A stretch of DNA of 64,000 nt from the human T2T-CHM13v2.0 reference genome, Homo sapiens. Positions 52,282 through 64,000 of this stretch are shown here, piece after piece. The position numbers and the translations under genes were made by a program. The notes beneath the pieces were generated by a model. The model made no database searches. It was not told the DNA's origin and saw only the letters and a program-made list of their open reading frames with translations. Position 1 is the first letter of the stretch; the number at the start of each line of letters is the position of its first letter. Where the stretch lies: NCBI RefSeq assembly GCF_009914755.1, contig NC_060930.1, one strand, 5' to 3'.

Positions 52282-53544
52282 TTAAAATGACCTCCTTTTT
52301 GTGTACTCATAAAATTGTACCATGCATACTCCATTGTCATATAGTCACACTTGATTTGAATCATGGTCACTACAGAATAAAAAGTATGTGAGAAAATAAA
52401 TATTTTAAAATAATCAAAAATGCTTTTAGCAAAAGCTTTATATATACTAGAGTAGTAGTCCTGTGAAACTAAATGACATTCCTTTTAAAAACACAGTGGC
52501 CTAAAAGACATAGCCTAAAGTTAGAGAGAGATGTTAAAGAAGGTAGATTTGTGAAGGTATTATTATTCTGAAGATAAATCTCATTTATTTGTAATATCAA
52601 CATTTTAACAGACAGAAATCTCCTGTCATAAAGCCCCTGTAATTATTAAACACTGTCAAGAGCTCGATCATGCAAATTATCACTGTTTCAAAAATTCAAA
52701 ACATGACTGCTAAGTTTTTAGAGTATTCATTAGACCTATCTCTAGCATCACAATACTGGAAATAAAATCTTTTTAATTTGCTAAAAAAAATCTTTGAAGC
52801 AAATGAAATAATATTCCAAGGAGACTCCAGGAGAATAATTTTTTAAAGCTATTTTAAAACATTTGTTGAAACGAAGTTACAGAACACAAAAATTGCGAAA
52901 AAAAAAATGAAAGGTTTTCAAGAGCCTTTGGTGAGTCACAGGAAGAAAAGCAAATCCAGCTGCACTCCATAAACTAAAGATTTGTATTTAGAACTTCCAA
53001 AAAATATTAAATCAGAAACAACTATCTGATGTGTTAACTATGTGCCCATTTTTAAAACCTACTCTCTAGTATAGCTACTTTTGGGAAAACATTCATTAAA
53101 CTCTTCGTCAAACCACAAACACAGATGGATTTTTTTGGTAACTAATGGGCCTCTAAGGTGTTTTTAGAAAAGGGAGACAAATCTTGGCCCTAGAGAATAA
53201 AGAAGGGACAATTACAGAATACAGGATTGATGAAAAGCAGTTGGCAATACAGTAGTAATGAGCAACATGAGAAGAGAAATTATCTGAATCCAAATTATTA
53301 TCTAAACAAAAGGAATTATTATAGTACTTAAAAACCTATAACCAATGTATCCTCATTCATTGGGCTCAAAATGAAGAACACAGACCAGTTAGAATTCTTC
53401 AGCCTTAAATAATATATGTACCCTTTTTAAAGGTAAAAATTCAGTTACTGAGTACTGCCTTAAATAATTTTTATTAAAATATTATTTAAATATGTACACA
53501 TGTAAAAGTGATAAACTCTATTTGGTTATACTTCTTATGTAACT

Positions 53545-53822
53545 AAAAGGAGAGATTTGTTAAAGGATACAAAATTTCAGTTGGGAGGAGTAAGTTCTAG
53601 TGTTCTTTATCACTGTAGGATGACTATAGTTAACAATAATGTATTACATAGTTTCAAATAGCTAGGAGGGTAAGAACGTTCCCAACACAAAGAAGTGATG
53701 AATGTTTGAAATGACAGACATGCTAATTACCCTGATCTGATCATCATACATTATATGTATCAAAACATCACTATGTACCCCATGAATATGTACAGTTATT
53801 ATTTGTCAATTAAAAAAATAAA
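53545..53822 (+). mobile_element. L1MA7/8-like 3' terminus
   Basis: cccaacacaaagaa...atgctaattaccctgatctgatc...gtcaattaaaaaaataaa. Confidence 0.85.
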
Positions 53823-53944
53823 GTACAAATTGAAAACAAAATTTATTCAAATTGGCATTAATTTACTATGACAGATGATGGTACTTGACTGATACTAAAT
53901 TGCTATTCCCAATATGAAATGGGTGCTGACTGCCTCAGTGTGGG

Positions 53945-54114
53945 TTTTTTTTTTCTTTCTTTTGAGACACAGTCTTGCTCTGTCACTCAGGCTGGAGGAG
54001 TGCAGTGGCATGCTCATAGCTCACTGCACCCTTCAACTCCTGGCCTCGAGCCATTCTCCCACCTCAGCCTCCTGAGCAGTTGAGATTATAGGTGTGTGGC
54101 ATCGCACTGGTAAT
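53945..54114 (-). mobile_element. Alu right monomer (FRAM/AluJ)
   Basis: Single right arm with poly(T). Confidence 0.8.
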
Positions 54115-54188
54115 TCTTTGAAATAAGGGAAGACTATCATGAAAATGCATTCTCTCACCCCTTTTCTCTATTCAAATTACAGTTGTGA

Positions 54189-54490
54189 GGCTGGGTGCAG
54201 CGGCTCACACCTGTAATCCCAGCACTTTTGGAGGCCAAGGTGGGCAGATCACTTGAGGCCAGGAGTCTAAGACCAGCAGCCTGGCCAACATGGCGAAACC
54301 CTGTCTTTACTAAAAATACAAAAATTAACCAGGCAAGGTGGCGCACACCTATAGTCCCAGCTACTCAGGAGGCTGAGGTACAAGAATTGCTTGAGCCTGA
54401 GAGGCAGAGGCTATAGTGAGCCAAGATCGCACCACTGCACTCCAGCCTAGGAGACAGAGTGAGACCCTGTCTCCAAAAAAAAAAAAAAAA
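54189..54490 (+). mobile_element. AluS
   Basis: Dimer; TSD-like aaatt(t)acagt overlapping the MER8 end. Confidence 0.9.
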
Positions 54491-54494
54491 TTTA

Positions 54495-54734
54495 CAGTCG
54501 TGCCTTGTTATACATGGGGGATTGGTTCTAGGACCTCCTCATTTCCACATATACCAAAATCCATGCATACTCAAGACCCAAAATCAGCCCTGTGGGAGCC
54601 TGTGTATTATGAAAAATTGGCCTCCCTGCACGCGAGCTTCACATTCCCCTATGCCCCACCTCTGGTTGAAAAAAATCTGCGTATAAGTAGATAGATCTGC
54701 ACAGTTCTAACCCATTTTGTTCAAAGGTCAACTG
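54495..54734 (+). mobile_element. MER8 (TcMar-Tigger)
   Basis: cagtcg...ggggattggttc...ggttgaaaaaaatctgcgtataagt...ggtcaactg; TA flanks. Confidence 0.85.
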
Positions 54735-54849
54735 TATATGAAATTGTTATTCATGTAACATACTGCTCTTATATCTCCTGATTGAGGCCAGAAGATTCTT
54801 TCACTCTCGACACAGGAAACAGGTTGGTGAAAAGCACATGACAATCATT

Positions 54850-57880
<3,031 letters not shown>

Positions 57881-57904
57881 GTCATAATCTAAATTCTTTA
57901 TTTG

Positions 57905-58339
57905 GTATTAGTGATTGTGACATGAAAATCAAAGTAACATTTTAAGCAGTAAGAAGTGTATTCTTTCTCATGTAAAAAGAAGTCTGGAAATGGGCAATAC
58001 AAAACTGTGTTGGAAATTCCACAAGGCTATTATGTTCTTTCTTACTCTCCAGCCCACCATCCATAAAATGTGTCACTCAAAAATGGCTTCTAGAGCTCCA
58101 GCCACTACATCAGCACTCAAAGCAGCAAGATAAAAGAAGGGAGAATGAAGGGTAGACTCCTCTCTTTGAGGAGGCTTTCTAGAAATTCAAATGCTTCTAC
58201 CAACATTTCTTTTGGCCAGAAATTAGTCACACAGTCACACCCAGCAGTAAGAGAGGCTAAGAAATGTAATCTCTTATACCTGAATAAATTCAGGGTTCTC
58301 TCACCAAAGTGGAAGGGGAAGATGAAAATTGAGAAAGGC
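57905..58339 (-). mobile_element. Old MLT1 (J/K/L-like) MaLR LTR
   Basis: ttggccagaaattagtcaca...agagaggctaagaaatgta...cagtctctgccata. Confidence 0.65.
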
Positions 58340-58649
58340 TGCCGCCAGTCTCTGCCATAGCGTGTCCACGGTTTTTTGGTGTTTCCTCTACCTCATTATT
58401 TCCTCTGCACTACATATAAGTGTGATGGTAGTGGATAAATTTACCATTTAGCCCACAGGTTGAAGAATGTAAGAATTAGGTCACAAAATTAGAAGACTGA
58501 ACACAACTCAGAGGTCCTAGACATGACAATAAGTTATCTTTTTTGTGGAGGTGGTCAGAATGACTAATTTCCTCATTTAAGGTGGGAATTCTTTTAAATT
58601 ATCTATACAGTAAGAAAGGGGGCAGAAGGCAGTAAATTCAAGGACAGGG

Positions 58650-59430
<781 letters not shown>

Positions 59431-59439
59431 TTCTATACT

Positions 59440-60330
59440 TCCTCCCTGAGAGATGAGAAACCCCTATGGCTTTAAATCTCACCTGTATTGAGTACTTCCA
59501 ACTCTAGCCTTAGTGTTTACCTCCTGTAGGAGGACCTAACCCATTCCTAACTTCAGTTTGGACATTTCCACTTGCTGCAAATACTTCACGTTCAACAGGT
59601 CTACAAAATTTCCCCCTACACTCTACACCCAACATACTTCTGCTAGTATCTCAACATACTCAATTGCTCAGCTTACTCTTCTTCTGTTCTTTCACTCTCA
59701 CAATTATCAAGTCTGCAATTACCAACCTCAGTTCACAAATGTAGCTTGAATCCAGTCTTTCCACTTCATCTCCATCACTACTGCCTAAGTTTATAACTCA
59801 CCATCATCATTCCTCTATCCGCAAGAACATCTCAATTTTCAATGTTTAAATCATCTCGTTGAGACCTTTTGCCACTCTATTGTTTATGTCTTCATTTTAT
59901 TTGGAAACACTTTTATCCTAACATATGTAACAATTTATTGCACTTTGTGTTTTACATGTCTATTTCCCTTATTTGAATATAAATCCTGGGGAGGGGAAGG
60001 GAGAGGAGGGATGTGGGTCAGTGTCTGGTGTTGTTTCCCTGACTAACAAGCATAGTACTTGGCCATTAGAGAACACACTTAACTAGCTGCTGAAAGAAGA
60101 AATGAATAAACCATAGCAGTCTTCTGCCAGGCTTTCCTGCCTCTAGCTTTTCTTTTCTGCAATTCACAACCACCACAGCCGCCAAAGTCAGCTTTCAAAA
60201 AAGCACATCTGCTTAGGTCTGTCTAGTACTTAACCTTTATGATCTCCACTGACCTCAGGATAAAATTAGATCATCTTAACATGACATACAAAACTCAAAA
60301 TCTGGCCACAACCTTTCCTTTGCTTTTTAA
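59440..60330 (+). mobile_element. L2 fragments
   Basis: ttggacatttccacttg, catagtacttggc...aaatgaataaa, ctcaggataaaatt. Confidence 0.6.
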
Positions 60331-60859
60331 ATACATTTTATTTCATTCATAGAAGCTTTATTCACAGTAGCCAAAAACAGAAGCAACCTATATATTCATT
60401 TACGCTGAATAAACAAATTGCTCTATATCCATTCAATGGAATATCTTTCAGCAATAAAAAAAATGTATAGTTGGTTCATGTATCTTGTCCAGTTTTCTGT
60501 TTGTTTACAGTGGAAGGGCAAGTTTAGCATCAGATACTCTATCATGGCAGAAGCAGATATTTCTAGCCTATTTCTTTTGCCTCATCCCATCCCACCGTGT
60601 GGTGCAGTCTACCCCACACTACAATTTTTCCTAGACTTTGCTGAGCAATTTATTATGTCTTAAATTCTTTTCCTGCCTCAGTCATCTCTTTTTCATCCCA
60701 CATGACCTGACTCATATCCTACTTCATCTCTGGTAGTCTTCCATTTTCTCTAGGGAGAGAGATCTTTTTCTCCCTCTATGTTTCTACAGCATATTGTTCA
60801 CTACGGCATTTATCTCAAGGTACTGTGTATGTCTCCCCACGAAAATGAATTTCTAATAA

Positions 60860-61420
60860 TAATGATAATCGCTAATATTTGGGTACTTGCTATGCGCCAG
60901 GTACTGTTCTAAGCACTTTACCCATATTAAATCATTCAATCTTCATAAAACTCTATGACATAGCTACTATTATTTATTTATTTTTGAGATAAGATCTCAC
61001 TCTGTCGCCCAGGCTGGAGTGCAGTGGAACAATCACGGCTCACTGCAGTCTCAACTCCCAGGCTCAAGTGATCCTCTCTCTTCAGCCTTCCAAGTAGCTG
61101 GGACCACAGGCACACACCACCACACCCAGCTACTTTTTAATTTTTTTTTTATATAGATGGGATCCCACTGTGTTGCCCAGGCAGGTCTTGAACTCCTGAG
61201 CTTCAGCAATCCTTTCACCTTAGCCTCCCAAAGTGCTGGGATTACAGGTTTGAGCCACTGCACCTAGCCACCAGGTTCTATTACTATCCTTGATTTACAG
61301 ATGAAGAAACTAAGGCACAGAGAAGTTAGATAAATTGCCTAAGAGCTCATAGCTTGACAGTGGTAGAGGCAGGATGTGAACCCAAACAGTCTGATTCCAG
61401 AGCTCATGATTACTATACTG
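60860..61420 (-). mobile_element. MIR interrupted by an AluJ (60970-61269, -)
   Basis: tatgcgccaggtactgttctaagc...tttacagatgaagaaactaaggcacagag. Confidence 0.85.
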
Positions 61421-62298
61421 TCTCTCCTAAATTCCTGGACGGCAGCAACTGGGTCTTATTCTTGTTTGTACATCCATGCCCAGAGCACCTCAAATATTTG
61501 TGGAATGAATTAAAATTTATAATTTTCTCCTAGTCATCCATGAAAAAGTTCTTCATAAGTAATGTAGGTTTTCAGTCAGTAATTACAGAACTGAATCTAG
61601 AAAGGGTCTTTCATAAACATGGAAGAGACTAAAATTAAATTTCTAATAATAAATTCAAAGAGCTCTGAAGAATTTTACCATGCAGAAAGGACTAATGAGG
61701 TTTTTTAGGTAGCCAAATAACAGTAGTGAACTCAGGAACATAAAGTCCCTACAAAGGAATCAACACACCCTAAGAGAAGAGACTAAATGTCATAATTCGT
61801 CTCCAATAGCTGCATACTAAATTAATCCTATCCATTTAAATCTGAAATCAAGAGCATAGTTTTTTGAAGGCAAAAGCAAAAAGAGTATTTAAACAAAAAT
61901 TTAATCCTAAAAGCCAAATCTGTCAAGAGTAATCAATGAAAATAAATAAAGCCTTACTACTCAAAGAATCATCTATGTTTTAGAAACAACAAAAGTCTAA
62001 CCAATTCTGTATTGGAAAAGTATTGGTCACTGCCTGTGAAACAACTAAAAGTACTTAAATTTTAGTGATTTATACAGAAATTTAAGTAACGAAAATTTAT
62101 ATATAATTTTTTATAAATTACATATTTTATATATATATATATTGCACAAGTGGATAATTACATTTAGTTAGGGAAACAGTAATAAAACCATTGGGTAGAG
62201 GTTGTATTGAGAGGAAGGGGACAGTTGATGCATGTTGTTACCTTCAGTTTATTCCATCCTACCAATCTATGTCACATACCTGGGCCATCCAGCTTGGA

Positions 62299-62596
62299 CA
62301 AGTCCACTATCCCTCATCCAAAGTCCCTGAAACCAAACCAAATGTCTTTCAGAATCCAAAATTTTTCTGATTTTAGGAAGGTGCATTTTACCCAACACTG
62401 CAGCAGGAACTGGGCAACACCCTGTAATCAAAAGCCTTAATATTTCTGCATCAAATGCATAAATATTCATATTAAATGGGATAAATAAAGACTATAAATA
62501 GCCTCACATCAATCCAGGTCAGATGTGTAAGTCTAAAAAAATTCTGTTTTCTGAGCTTTTCAGATTTTAAATTGTGGAAAAAGGATTACAGACTTC
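62299..62596. mobile_element. MER46C-like Tigger fossil
   Basis: caccctgtaatcaaa...gggataaataaagactataaatagcctcacatca. Confidence 0.55.
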
Positions 62597-62974
62597 AACT
62601 ATTACATTGTATTCAACCTGGTTTATTCTCCGCTTGAGAACTGACGACGGCTTCCTTACCTGCCACATTCAGATACAATATTAATTTCCATGCTAGTCCG
62701 GAATTGGCAACATTATTGGAAATAATCTAGTCAAACTCCTTACTTCATTGCTTAGGAAACTAAAGCCCAGAGAGATAAAATGACTTGCCTGGGGATCACA
62801 CGGTTAAGTACTGACAGAGATGAAACTACAACACACACATCTGTCTCCCAGGTCTTCTTTCTCTTTCTCTCTCTGTCTCTGTCTGTCTGTTTCTCTCTCT
62901 CTCGTGCATGCTCTCTCTCTTTCTCTCTGGATTTGAAGTGCTTTTTTTAAGGCTTTTCAAAATAAGAAATAATT

Positions 62975-63278
<304 letters not shown>

Positions 63279-63477
63279 TTACAGACAAACACAAAGTTGC
63301 AGAAACACTACAGAGTCCCATGTACCCTTCACCCAATGGTGAAATCATGTAATAGCTATAGAACACTAAAACCAAAAAATTGATATTGATAGATTGTTAA
63401 CTACAGACCTTATTCCATTTTCAGCATCTTTTAACCTGCATTTATTTTGTGTGTAGGTGTATAGAGTTCTTTGCAAC

Positions 63478-63990
63478 TGTATTAGTCTGCACTCACATTG
63501 CTATAAGGAAATACCCAAGACTGGGTAATTCATAAAGAAAAGAGGCTTAATTGACTCACAGTTCTACATGGCTGGGGAGGCCTCAGGAAACTTACAATCA
63601 TGGCCAAAAGCACCTCTTCACAGGCCAGCAGAAGAGAGAATGAGTGCCAGTAGGGGAAATGCCAGATGTTTATAAAACCATCAGATCTCATGAGAACTCA
63701 CTCACTATCATGAGAACAGCCCCAATGATTAAATTATCTCCCACCAGTTCCCTCCCATGACACATGGGAATTATGGGGATTACAGTTCAAGATGAGATTT
63801 AGGTGAGGACATTCTGACCCTGGCCCCTCCCAAATCTCGTGTGCTCACATTTCAAAATGCAGTCATGATGCCCTTCCAAAAGTCCCCCAAAGTCTTAACT
63901 CATTCCAGCATTAACCCAAAAGTCCAAGTCCAAAGTTTCATGTGACACAAGGCAAGTCCCTTCTACCTATGAGCCTATAAAATCAAAAGC
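63478..63990 (-). mobile_element. THE1D-like 3'LTR plus internal sequence, continuing past the window; Alu starts at 63991
   Basis: tgtattagtc LTR end followed by THE1-int (cagcattaacccaaaagtccaagtccaaag). Confidence 0.9.
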
Positions 63991-64000
63991 GGCCGGGCGC

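Overview
Human genomic DNA; the human-specific AluYa5 at 22516 fixes the species. The window looks like the interior of one or more long introns of a gene transcribed on the minus strand: the plus strand is A-rich, most L1s lie on plus, and the best splice-site pairs are on minus. I recognise no protein-coding exon and cannot name the host gene. Most of the sequence is transposable elements: about 35 Alus/FLAMs, many L1M/L1PB pieces, L2/MIR, three THE1 (MaLR) proviruses, MST/MLT LTRs, an ERV-L pol remnant, and hAT/Tc1-mariner fossils (Charlie1a, MER2, MER5, MER8, MER81, MER102, MADE1). The ORF track is mostly TE-derived or low-complexity, and the remaining ORFs are short with no recognisable homology. 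The most notable pattern is a set of at least seven locally templated insertions/inversions whose donor sequence is visible in the window, including a near-perfect 60-nt pre-miRNA-like hairpin. There are also a few candidate non-coding minus-strand exons, one carrying a Kozak-optimal 9-codon uORF. I found no evidence of a novel multi-gene system. Subfamily calls are from recalled consensus motifs, and boundaries of old repeats are approximate.
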